NCBI GenBank assembly: GCA_002633005.1
Contig: NMRA01000078.1
Span: forward strand, 381,868-445,867
Direction: 5' to 3'
Length of the DNA: 64,000 nt
Source of the DNA: Phoronis australis
Taxonomy: Eukaryota > Animalia > Phoronida
The notes below the pieces were generated by a model. The model was not told where the DNA came from. It saw only the letters and a program-made list of their open reading frames with translations, and made no database searches. The translations under genes and the position numbers were made by a program. This document shows positions 1-12,911 of this stretch, piece after piece; position 1 is the first letter of the stretch; each line of letters starts with the position of its first letter.

Positions 1-819
1 GTTGTAAGCGGAGGAAGCAACCACTTATTGGTCGTGTCTGGAGAGGGAAGTTTGTTAGGGCCAGCCTACCGGGTCCTCTCTGACCTACGAGTCCTAGGTG
101 ACCGGAATTAGTTGGTTTACGAACCATTTTTAACACGGTCCTTAAATCCGCCTATGTGATCTCAATGCGACCACCACACGCGGGCATAGGAGGTTCTTAA
201 AACCCGGGTCGCTATTATACGCAAAGTCAAGGCACCGATAACTGCCTTGTGCCGTGCTAGTGGCAAGTGCTGGTTTCCCATATATGGCTACTTAGGTTTG
301 CCGTCCAAACCGAAGCAGGCGGTCTAGGAAAAAGCTGTGTAATCTGACATCGCACCGTGAAATTATTTTGTGACCACTCCTTATAAAATGCTTATCTTTT
401 TAGAACAGCCTAGGCCTGCTAAGCCTCGTTTTGGTGACACTTTACCCTGTATGTGACTGTTGGCCCGTGTTTCAATACTAGTAAACTACCACCCCTCCAA
501 AATAAAGCAATTAGTTAGTTAACAATTCTTGGATGTGTCACAAAGTGAATTTTGAGAAGCAGGGTTCAGGTTTCGTTTTTTTCCACATACATGTAGCCGT
601 CGTCTAACTAGTGGCCCAAAACGTTGGTGACGCTCAGCGATGTTGCATACTTCAGAGACCGCGGTTGACGACGCTTAGAAAGCATAAGTTTGTTTCAAAT
701 TTTGCAAAGAGTTTAGCAGAATATGTTTTAATGGGCTTAAACAAGGTTTAGGATTATTTTAAACAAGCATGTTCTTTCCGGTTTTATGATCATCAAACGT
801 ATGGATGTTCTAGACTCAC

Positions 820-1028
820 TCCTTGCCGAATTCAATGTACTGCAATTTTGTACACAGGTCCCTCTTCAACCAGTCTGCGTGGTCGGCAGAGCCCAGGGTA
901 TCGATGATAGACTCAAATGACACCACTCCAGTCCTCAGTTCTAGCTCAGACTCTGTCTCCATCTTTGTCTTGTGTCGAGTTTCACGGATGACGTCAGTCA
1001 TTGTTTTCTTTGCTTTGCACTCCGGCAT
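820..1028 (-). CDS. Possible first coding exon of an unidentified gene running off the left edge
   Basis: ATG at 1028 opens 69 codons of protein-like sequence (MPECKAKK...KLQYIEFGK) that end at a consensus donor GA|GTGAGT (819-814). No family recognised and no downstream exon identified. Confidence 0.3.
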
Positions 1029-1599
1029 TGGCCGTGCATGAATTGCGTAGTCGCGAGAACCTCGCGAAAACGCAAGTCCACTGAAGATTTAGCGAGATAT
1101 TGCCATGTATTGCAAGCGAAGCATGAAACCAAACTTAAGCTTCTTTGAATTCTTTTTGCGTCCACATTACTTAACCCAGGACCGAGTTCCAAGAACAAAT
1201 TGCTTGTAAGAAAAGCGAGATCATACAAAAATCACGCAAACCCACGCGAGTAGCCTGAGAACGGACTGAATCTTGGCGTATGCTAGTGCAATGACCGCGG
1301 TTGAAAATATTGGTTGCTAAGAATGGAATGTTGAATTAAGGGAGTTGCCTGTAAGTAAAACGCTAATTCTTTTACATATCCCATGATTTCTGACAGCAAG
1401 TATTCGATCACGAGAGTGTCTTGTGTGTGAATAGAACAGTGGTACCACCTGGGATATGTAAAACCAAGACTAAGATCGTAAATTTCATCCTTCAAAAGAT
1501 ACTTGGCTACTTTAAAAGATTTATTCCCTGAACACCATCATAGGTCTTTCTCCGTGTGGACCGTCTTCGCAGCACAGGTCCGTGATGCCACTGAACGTT

Positions 1600-3450
1600 T
1601 CATCCCCCACAAAATTACAAGACCAAAATACCGAGTTCCCTGGATAAATCCTAAAACCAAAAATAAGTCTTAGAAAAAGAGACAGACTCTTTCGCCGCTC
1701 AAAACGCACTGGAAACGAACCAGGCAGAGAAACTTTCCTGAACCTCGGAAAACTTATTAAAAGTCTATAATAAATAATAAACGCACAATTTTCTAAAGTC
1801 TTTACAGATATGCCCAACAAGGACACAAGCCCCTATAACTCTATTCCTGATGTAACTTTGTCCACTAATGGTGTCCACATTTGCAAAGTCCCAACTTTCA
1901 TAAAGCCGCTGTACCGGATGAAATATCTCCTCCGCTGAAGATATTGCACCAGTCCTTCAGAAAATATTTACCAAATCCTATCCATCATCTGCAATCCCGT
2001 CGGAATGGCGAACTGCAAACATAGCACTCATCTTCAAAAAGATGATAAAACATTGGCTTCAAATTACCTCCGAATATCACTCACCTGCAGACGCTCCAAA
2101 CTTATAGAGCACACAGTTGTCAGTAACATTATGCCTTATCTTCACACAAACAATATGTCATGCACCTGACAGGACGGTTTTCGTAGTCATAGCTCATGCG
2201 CACAACTATGGAAGCAGGCACTTAAACTGGCGCCGTTTTGCTGGTTCTCTCCAAAGCCTTCGATAAGGTACCTCGTGGAAAATATCAGATACTGCGGTGT
2301 GTGGAGTCTCACTCACAATTGGATCAAGTCCTTTCTGTCTGATAGAACACAGAGAGTCGTAGTTGATGGCGAGCTATCAAACTCTTCTCCTGTACAGTGC
2401 GGGATGCCCCAGGTCGCTGTCCTTGGTTCTGCACTCTTCATACGATATTATCTACCTTCCTGACTCCATCCTTTCAAACGTCCGTCTCTTTGCCGATGAT
2501 GCACTTCTCCATAGACCTATTGCTTCTTCTCATGATTGCCAAGTACTTCAACAAAACTTAAACTCCCTAGCCTACTGGGAAAAGTCCTGGAAAATGGATT
2601 TCAACGTTTTCACATGCAATATTCTAGATGTTTACAAAAAAGCCCCCCCCATAATATACAATTACAGTCCTCAAAACTCACCGCTCACATGCATAAATCA
2701 ATCTTACCAATATTTTATCATGGAACGCTCACATAGACACAATCATCTCAAAGGCAAACAGAACTCTTGGCTAATATTCAGCGAAATCCCAAATGCACCT
2801 CGCGAAACAAAAACCTTGGCCTACACTTGTTTAATGAGGCCCAAACTTGAATATTCCTCTTTCATCTGGGATACTTCCAGGCACAAGCTCCAATATTGAC
2901 AACATAGAAAGAATACAACGTAGAGCAACCAGGTTCGTCCTTAATGACTAATCCAGATACTCTCTGATACGTCTATGTTCCCCACTTTCACATGGCCCAC
3001 TCTCTAAAAAAGACGCGCTCAAAACAATCTGTCTATCATGTACAAGACCGTACACAGCCTGGTGGCCATTCCTCACCCATACCTTTCACCCCTACGTGTT
3101 TGTAGTTTACGTAATTACCCCTCTCATACCTTTGAGAGAACATACATTCGCACTGCATACTACGCAAAGTCTTTCTTTCCACCTACTGTTTTACTTTGGA
3201 ATAGACTTCCGCCGCAACATGCCATTTGAGTCATCAGAAACAACAGAAATGTTCACGAGTCGTATTTCGAACATCAACCTTACTCAGTAAACAAGAAAAC
3301 TTGTTTTTATCCTTGCACTAACCCGCACTTCGTTTTGTTGTTATTTTCACAGTTATGTTGAACAGTTCTAATTTATTCACTAACATGCGCCAACATATAA
3401 GGATCGGTATTTCGATCGCTTGTTGAATCGCGGAAGAAGAAAAAAGATTC
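1600..3450 (+). mobile_element. Decayed non-LTR retrotransposon (CR1/L2-group LINE), reverse transcriptase region and 3' end
   Basis: Frameshifted RT motifs in order: KAAVPDEIS (KAxGPD), WRTANIALIFKK..ASNY.RISLT, SKAFDKVP, WIKSFLSDRTQRVVVDG, GMPQ..VLG, RLFADD, RPKLEYSSFIWD, SFFPPTVLLWNRLP. Many stops and frameshifts. Ends approximate. Confidence 0.9.
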
Positions 3451-4853
3451 AAAGCCGGTTTGTCCATGCACTGTTATCCTTCTACCATTATCGGGATTGC
3501 CGCTATCATTGTCATCAAAACGTTATGTGGCAACATGCATGGCGCAGTAGGGGACTTTTCATATTGGAGCTCTCTAGAGTAATGAGAGCACGAAAGTTTC
3601 TTCCGGTTGACTGACCCCGACTTAGATTTGGTGGATAGAAATTACTACGTAGTGGTTCATAAATATAAAAGCAGAGGAAATAAATCCCACTGCCAGCTCC
3701 TCCCGTTGTTGTATTGATTAAAGTTCGCCACTTCATTTTAACTTTTATACATTGGCTGGGATCGAAATTCTCTCGCTTCATCAGTGGCATCCACTGGCTT
3801 TGTCGCGAAGATACAAAAATTGAACAGAACGTCGTAGATCGTCCATTGATGTGTCAAAAGATCTCCCTTTTTTCGTAAGACATTGGTACACCCCACAGAA
3901 CAGCTGGGAAAATTTACCGGCATTATAATGGCAGGAAAGGTGTTAAAAGGCTGTTTATACCAGTAGGTTGTTGATGACCTCTGACTTCCACTTGCTAAAT
4001 GATAACAATTGGGTCTTCAGATGTTTATCATCATCTCCGTAATTATTTTTGAATCATCAACTCATTCCCGCCAGACTGAATCATATCATACATAATCTTA
4101 CAAAAAAGACCTGAAGGAATTGACTCGCGTTTATTATTTAGTAGATGAGCCATTTGTAAATCAAATATTCCGGTATACCAGATGTGATCACGACTGAACG
4201 CTGATGATGGCTTCTCTAGAGAATGGGAATTGAATTGTTGCCTTGTAAAATAATTAAGAAAATACCAGAATAGTGGGAACTGTGACGTCACGTATTGGAA
4301 CGCCCAGAACTGTGTGTTTGAAAAGCTGGTGTCCGATCAATAATGGAAGAAAGTCAGATGGCTGCTTCTTAACGTTCGTTACAGCGCCTCCGGCTTCATA
4401 GCGGGTAATTGGTATATTAATTTAATAAGTTGTAAGACTTCCTATATTTGCCGATGTTGTCCGCGCGCCTGTAAGGCAGGGGCTTCTTAATACCAGGAAA
4501 AGTTGCCCGGAAGTGTAAAAATATACGCATACTTTGATCGACAAATAGAGGAAATAGCCTGTTGAAACGTTCGATTTGCTAGCTGCGGATCTAGCTTGGG
4601 GTTTCAAAGGGTTCATACTCCCTACTTGGCCAGTTCTTACTGTTACGGACGAATACAAAGTACTGTTCATGTATGTCCATATCTGGTGCTCTGTTCGTGC
4701 TTATTGCTTGGTGGGATTTCCGGCAGTAACAAATAATCTCTTAAAATTACACTTGTTTTTAAATGTTTACTAATGGAAGCAGGCAAATTGAGGGTCATTT
4801 ATTTGATTTCTTAAATATTTCAAAATTTGATTGAATTACTACTCGCGTAGCAT

Positions 4854-5594
4854 TTAAAGACGCCTGTACCGCGAAAAACTAAGTTGCGTTATTCGAAGTG
4901 GTTCTCTGCCACTATATCAGAATTCAACGTGTTCGTAAGATAATAAAGCTTGCTCTTAAAGATTTGAAATTTCTGTTGATGTCAAAGCATTTTGTTTTTA
5001 GTTTCAAATTTAAAAAAGAACGATCCATCAACATCTCCCACAAGCCAAAGCAAGTCTCCTTATCGGGTATATCCTGACATAGACATAGCGCATGTCATCA
5101 ATGTGGAAAATGCGACTTTTGCCATTTAGTGTAAGCAAAATAATGTCGAATTCAAGCAGCAGCCCGGCAATTGATGTTTAAAATAAGAAACAAAGGTAGC
5201 GTAGTATTCAAATATATTCCAAAATACACAAGAGAATTCTCTTTGGGAAACCTCTTGCATAACTGGCTTGCCTGATACTTCAGATTCGGAGAGCGATCGC
5301 ACAGTCATGATAATCATAATCTGCCGTTGATATCCTTCCTGTCAGCTGTTTGTCGAGTGACTGTGAGCGCATGCGTGCATTTATCATAAGTGGGAGGAAG
5401 ATTAGGAACTCTGTGGTGACTACAGAGTTTTTCCTTCGCGGTATTTCAAAAATCGTGAGCTTTGTGATTTTTCGTGGAAATTCTCTCACGGGGGAAATGA
5501 ATAAATCTGTTGTAGATGTTTCGAGGGATGGTACTTTCGTCAGGAATCTATTAAAAGATATTTTTAACGAGCATTCGCATGCCATGCCTCTTTA
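4854..5594. mobile_element. Putative non-autonomous DNA element with TTAAAG...CTTTAA termini (Kolobok-like)
   Basis: Begins ttaaagacgcctg and ends catgcctctttaa (short imperfect inverted ends). Same terminal style as 23361-23831. Confidence 0.4.
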
Positions 5595-6339
5595 AACGGT
5601 GTTGTGAAGTATTCCGAATGTTAGCAAGAACATCTACCTTTAATCTGTTATTAATGTTTTAATTGTTTTTAAGAGTAACAACTATCTCGCAAAATATCTC
5701 ATTGTTAGGAAGCGAAAACATTCTGCTCTGACAACAACGGACTCATTATCCATGTCACGTGACTGACTCGCAATAGGTCTTATCGTTGTAGTAATCAAAT
5801 CAAAGCAAAGTTGTGGTGTCGGGCATTCTAAATGTCTATGTCATTTATAGTTCGGTTTGCACTTTTTGTAATCCTAGGGAGGACCAAATTGAAATTGATT
5901 TAACAACAACAAGTGCAATGATTCGACAAAAAATCTTACAGATATTTATATCGCTTCATTCTAGTTATTCGTAGACCGAAACGGTTATGTCCGCAGTGAA
6001 CAAACTGATTCTATACCATTGCGGTCCTATTCAGTTAACTAATTACGTTGCCTTCGTTACCACTGGCCTAATTTCTAACTTTTCAAGTTTTAGTTGTAAA
6101 CCCGTGAAACCGTATATATTTGAAATTCCTGAAGAATCTTATTGTCTGCACATAAATAATGCCAGTTGTTCGTAGTCACGTGACATCCTGCATTTTTAAA
6201 TTAGAATTTTTCACGGAGACCGGCCTACACTGAAAATAGCCGAAGCGGAGAAAATTCAATAACGTGGTGTGCAATTTGTTTTAAAGACCTAAATTCCTTT
6301 TATGTAGAATTACTTGACAAGGCAGCAAACCTTCTCCCT

Positions 6340-6540
6340 GTGACACGCTTTATATCTAAAGCGCATGGTTTACATTCTATTGCTCATCACAAAAATGCTA
6401 CTCGTATGGAATGAGTTGCCGAATTCTCTGAAGCAATGTACAGATAATGACACTTTCAAGTCATGCTTTATAGAGTTCTTTGTCAAAACAACGATCAGTG
6501 TCGTTGGCCTGCCTGCTTGCCATGTATTGTAAATCTGTGA
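6340..6540 (+). mobile_element. LINE (L2/CR1-like) ORF2 C-terminal remnant
   Basis: Translates to LVWNELPNSLKQCTDNDTFK, matching the WNxLP...FK motif typical of L2/CR1 ORF2 ends. Confidence 0.5.
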
Positions 6541-7669
6541 TACAGTACTTAAAACGTTGCATCGCCAGAATTATACAGTCATTGTACAGCTGCACCACTG
6601 TTTGTCGAACTTTTGGTATTAGATTAGGCTAGAAAACAGCACAATCACTGATCTGCATATTCTGAAAATCGATGAATAACGCCAAATCCTCCTCTCAGTC
6701 GCGTGTCCTTGCATTCTCTAACAATGACTGTGGACATTTTCCATCGGTGTCCTGATCCTCGGTTATTCTTAGAGAATTCGAGGGAATGCGGCTTTGGGGA
6801 CTGTACCAATATCAAAGACCATGATTCGCTTCGATGTATAATATACAAAACAATCGCTTTATATTGAATTTTAGCTGGCTTCTTATCAGCCAAACTCTGA
6901 TCCAGAAATTTGAGTACATTGGCACCTATATTCAGTGAGGAAGGTATCGAACTTCCTTTAAGTTAAAGAAAATCTTTACGACTTAAAAGAATTTTTCGAA
7001 GCTGAAGATGAAACAGGATTTCTCCCAAGATATATAGAAAACTGTCAAAAGATTAGAAAACAATTCCACCACTTAAGGAAAATTTTAAAGAGTGATTATG
7101 AAGAAATACTTTGCCAATTGGTGATCAGAATTTCGGAAAATGGAACTGCCACTGTTTTTGTTCGGAAAAAAAACATGAAACAATTAAAACTATCGTAGCT
7201 CTAAAGGAATTCCATGGGTATGCAACTGTGAAAGTTATCGAAGTAAGCCAATATTGATCCTTTGTGCGTCAATGTTCGGTCGTTTGCAAACGCTAATTTG
7301 AGTGAAAACCCTAACTCACTGATTTCGTGTGTCATAAGTGAATTTGTATCAACCACAACTTCGCTCACCAAGGCCTCAGCTGTTGTTAAACACCCTCCTG
7401 TGTGATCAATTCATTATACACAAGAACCATTTCAAACAATCGATGACCTCCCTCAGCTTGATTTACCCAGACCTTCTTAGTCCTATGCCGTTTCATGACT
7501 AGTGAAATAACGTGTTCTATTTGCAGTGTTGACGCCTAATGGCATCAAGTACTTATTGGATGTTCAGCTTTGGTGAAACAGAGCAAAGCCATTTGTGATT
7601 GGTCAAAAGATGACTACGGTTTCTTAAGGAGTGCACGTGCTCGAAGCAACCATTGAATATATTTGAAAG

Positions 7670-9067
7670 ATGGCCAACTGGTCTGTCGTTGTTGGCATGG
7701 GCCGCGGGCGCGGCAGCAATGGTAGCAGACATCAAAAATCGCTAGCTCGCGTCAGCACAGCGGAGGAAACAGAACTACTTAATCATCCATCACCTGGCGG
7801 CAGCGGAGGTAACGGTGTCTGGGCGAAGGGCAAGATGTCGTTGATGAGTGATAAGGATGGCATGGCGCTCCATGACTGCAAGGCGGCCGGATGTCAAGTG
7901 GTCACCCTTAACATCAGCGGGGCACACTTCGATACGCGTGTTGGTGTCCTGAACCAACACCCCGATACCTTATTGGGCAACCCTGATAAACGGAAGAAAT
8001 ATTACGACAGCATACGCGGCGAGTACTTTTTTGACCGACACCGACCAACCTTCGAAGCAATATTTCACTATTATCAATACGGGAAACTAAGAAAGCCACC
8101 AAACGTTTCTGATGACATATTTCTGGACGAGCTAGACTATTTCGAAATTGAAAAGGACGTTGTTGACGACTTCAAACGCAACGAAGGGTACACCGAGGAC
8201 GAATACGTGTATCCGGAGAACCCGACATGCAAAACAATATGGATGCTTTTCGAGTATCCGGAAACGTCTACGATGGCGTTTGTTATTGGTTGCATTTCGA
8301 TTTCAATTACACTGATATCAATAGCATTGATCGTCTCCGAGAGTATGCCTGATTTTCAGGAATTATCTTTATGTGCAAAAAATAAAAGTGCCAATAACAG
8401 TGCGGATACAGATGCAAATAACGATGCTCCCCAGTGGTCCAGCATCTTTTTCATTATCGACACCATTTGCACCCTTTGGTTCACGGCAGAGGTCGTTATC
8501 CGATGCGTCGTGTGCCCAAGTAAGTTCGCATTCTTTAAAGACATCAAAAACTACATCGACATTGCTGCTGTCGTCCCCTATTTTGTGACTGTGGGTAGTG
8601 TTGTCATTACCATGAGCTGCAAAGTGGCCAGTGAGAATACATCGCTTGCATTTTTACGGGTTCTCAGACTTATCCGAATACTCAAGTTGACCAAGCATTT
8701 CAGCGGTCTGCAATGTTTGGTACTGACGTTTCAAGCAAGCGTTCGGGGACTGTTCCTGTTCGTGATAACATTGATGATCTGTGTCTTGCTGTTCTCGAGC
8801 GCCATTTTTTACGTAGAGAGCGGAGAGAACAAAAACCGACCAGACGGTGAAGGGAGTGAGAAAATAACCAGTATTCCCAACGGTTTCTGGTGGGCCGTCA
8901 TCACAATGTGCACCGTCGGCTATGGTGACGTTTATCCAATGACAACAATGGGAAAGATAGTGGGCTGTTTGTGCGCCGTGTCTGGTGTCCTTACTCTGGC
9001 CATACCAGTTCCTATTATTACTGAGAACTTTAACAAGTTCTATATTCATCGCTCATCTAGAAAGTAA
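7670..9067 (+). CDS. Voltage-gated potassium channel, Shaker/Kv1-like, single coding exon, 465 aa
   Basis: T1 domain (LNISGAHF...HPDTLLG...EYFFDRHRPTFEAI), six hydrophobic segments, S4 FLRVLRLIRILKLTKH, pore GFWWAVITMCTVGYGD, S6 LAIPVPII. A splice acceptor ttgcag at about 7526 suggests a 5'UTR intron. Confidence 0.97.
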   Translation: MANWSVVVGMGRGRGSNGSRHQKSLARVSTAEETELLNHPSPGGSGGNGVWAKGKMSLMSDKDGMALHDCKAAGCQVVTLNISGAHFDTRVGVLNQHPDTLLGNPDKRKKYYDSIRGEYFFDRHRPTFEAIFHYYQYGKLRKPPNVSDDIFLDELDYFEIEKDVVDDFKRNEGYTEDEYVYPENPTCKTIWMLFEYPETSTMAFVIGCISISITLISIALIVSESMPDFQELSLCAKNKSANNSADTDANNDAPQWSSIFFIIDTICTLWFTAEVVIRCVVCPSKFAFFKDIKNYIDIAAVVPYFVTVGSVVITMSCKVASENTSLAFLRVLRLIRILKLTKHFSGLQCLVLTFQASVRGLFLFVITLMICVLLFSSAIFYVESGENKNRPDGEGSEKITSIPNGFWWAVITMCTVGYGDVYPMTTMGKIVGCLCAVSGVLTLAIPVPIITENFNKFYIHRSSRK

Positions 9068-9349
9068 GTAGGCAACAAGTTTAGTTCCACGAGTAGAAGA
9101 CTGACGCATGCTCAAATGGGGAACTCGAAATGTACTAGGTGTCGCTAGAGTAGTCCTACCCATAAAAATGCATGCATTCGTTGGTGCGTTCGCTAGACAC
9201 AAGACACTCGAGAGTAAAAATAGCCTCAGCTTTTGCATGATGATGTCTCGCGAAGAGTTGCTTTTTAGAGTGTCTTGTGTCTACATAACGCAACCCCGGT
9301 AAAATCACGTGGGACCCATAACCACCGAACGTCCCTATTATCGCTAAAA

Positions 9350-9496
9350 CATGGACGGCGCACCATAGGGGGCTGGAGGGCTATAGCCCCACCACTTTTT
9401 TCATTGCTACGCCGCACATGGTCTATAGGCTGTGCACCACAAGGGAGCTGAGAAGGCTTTAGCCTACCCACATTTTTCAGTGCTGCGCCGCCCATG
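9350..9496. mobile_element. MITE family A (CATGGGCGGCGCA termini)
   Basis: Inverted ends catggacggcgcacca / tgctgcgccgcccatg. Closely related copy at 24821-24966 and a partial copy near 40581-40643. Confidence 0.8.
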
Positions 9497-10087
9497 TAAA
9501 AAGAGGGCTCTTTCTTCGTTAGCACCTCCTAGTGGCCATCGAGTCAACCATTGGACTGTCACACTACACTCAATGTGGTGAAAATTAACAAAGGCTTTCA
9601 TCACACTTCACGTCGTCCTCTTGTCAGTAGTCGTTTCACATAACGTGTGCGTGATTCAGTCAACCTGAAGCACCTTCCATTGTCTTATGCATGAATCCAT
9701 TGTTAACTTGCATCGTACTTCGCAGCCGTGTGTGATTCTGTGATTGGAACACAAAACTATTTTGCGGAAATAAATTCAGTTCAATGAAACCTTCCGCTTA
9801 ACAGTCACAATCCGTAACGATTCCATAATTGAGTTCCATTAGACTTCTTACCAAAGAAGCCACCAAGCACTTGATCAGTTCTTTGCAACTTTGTTTTTCC
9901 TGTTATTTCCGCAAAATTGACCCCGTGTTCTGATTCGTATGTGAAAATGTGAGGGTGTTGTCAGTTATTGGAAAACGAGAATACTAACGATTGCCTGAAA
10001 TACGCTTCGAGGCACATGGTGCCGCGCATGCCTGAGTTTAAGTGTTCCCCTTCCTTTTAAAACTGATCTTTCCTTTGGTAGTGTGAG

Positions 10088-10215
10088 AGGAGACAGTGTG
10101 ACCTAGTGGGATGAGTGTCCGCTTCTTTTGGGTTCGGGTCCAATAGGGGCACTCTGCTCGACCCTTGAGTCAGCTCCTCAGCTCGGTTTTATCTGTATAT
10201 TAATAAATCATAAAA
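10088..10215 (+). mobile_element. tRNA-derived SINE family copy
   Basis: Head gagacagtgtgacctagtgg...gggttcgggtcc (A/B-box-like). Tail cagctcctcagctcggtttt...aataaa is shared with copies at 46593 (+) and 57445-57592 (-). Confidence 0.6.
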
Positions 10216-11343
10216 TTGGTTCCAGGTGCATTACGGCGTTTTCCCGTTGCTCCCCACTTGTTCGATTCTGTAGCCCAACAACAAGTTGGGAAGTTTACCC
10301 ATGTAGCCAATATCTTACAGGACTGATTAACTCCATTCTGGCATTCATGGTTGGAGGGTTAGCTCTCGTTTGTTCGATAATTGCTCTAATCTTCAAAAAG
10401 ATCGTATCTAGCTTGACTGGGTTGTGCTGTTAAAAACAAAAGTTAAGTTATAACACATTTGAGCACAAGCCAATAGCATTTCTGAAATCCTCGTATAATG
10501 GTGATCATGTTTAGTTTTTGCAATGAGCTATACCAGGTATAGCTCATTGGTTTTTGAATCGCCAAAATCGCCCAACTGCAACCGAAGTTACGATAATCTA
10601 TTCTTTCTGAATGTACAAATTCGCTCTGGGTTTGACGGTGTTCACACGTGGTCTGTAATAAGCCAGGTAGATAATTGGCCTGCCTGTTGTCATAACAGAC
10701 AAAAGACTTTGCGTGGCAGCTAACAAAGAAGCTAGATGTTATCAGACGCTCAGAACCCCCTTTGTCTGGTAAAGTCACTGAACGGGAAAACGCTGTCATG
10801 GATCCGTGAAATGGGTCCACCCCAACGGCCTACGCACGTCTGATACAACGTGTACCAGACCGCCTGTAATTATTTTTTATACAAGATTTCTATGAATCTC
10901 GTCTATCGCTAAGTATCACTAAAATAGATAACTTGATGATGATTTACTGATAAAGTGTGTGTAAAAAGTGAAGTTCTGTGACGCCCAGTAGAAATTCCAA
11001 AACTAAACTAAAAAGTCATTTGTAAAATTATGTTTTCAAAAAGGGATGTAAAATGAAGACATTGAAGTGCTAAAATAACTGTATATTGTGCATCTTAAAT
11101 TCCCGCAAATTATCCAATCCAAAACGCTCATTCATCTTCTCACGAAACCTCTAACACTCAGCGATATTCTTGCTTCGCTCCCATCTTGAGTTAATTCGTT
11201 CTCTCGAAGTCTTGTTACCGCAGATTTCTCGCGAGGAGGCTGAATTCAATCCTTATGGTTTGTATGGAATGGCGTTATCGTGCGAAGGTTTGCGTGATCT
11301 TGTATGTCGCGCCATAAAAGAAAACAACGAAAAAAGCTTTACT

Positions 11344-11520
11344 GAACGCGACCCCATGTCGAGTCGTGTGTTTATAAGTTGACAATGTTTGAATTTGAGG
11401 TAGTCCACCAACAAAATGGCCGCCATATCATCGAACGCGACCCCATGTCGACTCGTGTGTTTATAAGTTGACAATGTTTGAATTTGCGGTAGTCCACCAA
11501 CAAAATGGCCGCCATATCAT
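11344..11520. repeat. Tandem duplication, 2 copies of about 88 bp
   Basis: gaacgcgaccccatgtcga...aaaatggccgccatatcat occurs twice, near-identical. Confidence 0.9.
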
Positions 11521-12828
11521 AGTTCTGTGAGGCTGAACATCAGTTATTCCCATGAACTTAAAAGGTAGCAAGATTCATAAATGAACACTGAACGTCTTTA
11601 AATTGCGAATTGTTCTCATTTTACTGATATTCTAGATTGACGAGGCTCAAAACAACGGAAATATTATCTCTGAGGCGTAGCCAAAACTTCTCTACAATGT
11701 CAAGACTAAAATTTTGTTTTCTCTCAGGTCGGATTCTTGATTAGAGGAGAGGCGCACATGACCACGTGAGGGCACCTCTGTATGCCAAACTAAAGACCGT
11801 TGCATGCCACATTCCGCTACATTGTAACGGCATGAAGTTGTTGGTTGACAATCACGTGAAAAGCATTATCTCATTATAAGTTATATATATGATTAGTGCT
11901 CTACTTGCAGACGAGCATTTTTTCGTAAGTGTGTAAAACACAAATCGATCATGGTTATATTGTAAGTACTGTTAGCCTTCACCTCGTGATCTCCGACCAG
12001 TTGTGTCCCCAAAGTTGTGCGAATGTCGTGGGTTCACGTTGGATGTTATCTGAGGATATCAACGAATCGACGACAAGAAAACAATTACGGTGCAATTAGT
12101 GCACTTGATGTGACTGTGAAAAATGCGGCACAACAGACGTTCGCCGCAGCACGTGACATGTCATACTGGCTAGCCAGTTTGAATCGCGCGGCGAGCACAT
12201 GCTAGTGCGTCACGTGCACCGCTGGTAACCCCCGAAGTCTTTAGTCATCTCGCCCTACTTGCAAGTACACTAACTGCCTGCTGCAATGGATCTGCCTGGG
12301 TTCGAGGGAATGTGTTCAGACGCATCGATGGTAAAGACGTTGTTAAGTACCTTAGACCAACACGTGATTGGACTGAGATGTGCCAACAAAATATCCGAGA
12401 GCATGATAGCGCAAAGCATAGCATCAGTTCCCAGTAGTAACCAAACTGATGCGTCAATGTTCGATTTTGTAGGAGCCTGGAGCGACATAAGGAATCTCTG
12501 ATGTCGGATAGTGATCCAATTTTAATGAAAGGTTATTCAGTGAAGCCATTTCTCATTAGCATGCATTTTATGGCTTTTAAAAGTACGATTGAGCTTTCGG
12601 TACTTTTTAGTAATTCCACGTAAGGTAATATGCTAAGGTGTTCATTGCAGAGAGCAATGAAAGAACGCCATACTGCAGAGCAAAGGGAGACGTTGCATGT
12701 TTTTGGATTGGGTGAACTTAATCAAATTATTTTTACAACTAGTATGCTTCATGCAGTTTACATGCAGTCTTGCAACGTTATGTAACTGAACCTTTGTTTT
12801 TTATAGCAGACATTCTATTATCTTAGCT

Positions 12829-12911
12829 NNNNNNNNNNNNNNNNNNNNNNNNNNNNNNNNNNNNNNNNNNNNNNNNNNNNNNNNNNNNNNNNNNNNNNNN
12901 NNNNNNNNNNN
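12829..12911. other. Assembly gap (N run) followed by poly-G
   Basis: Run of n characters. Confidence 1.

Noticed and set aside
8654-9049. 131-aa antisense ORF within the Kv gene
   Set aside because: Shadow frame of the channel CDS with no motifs.
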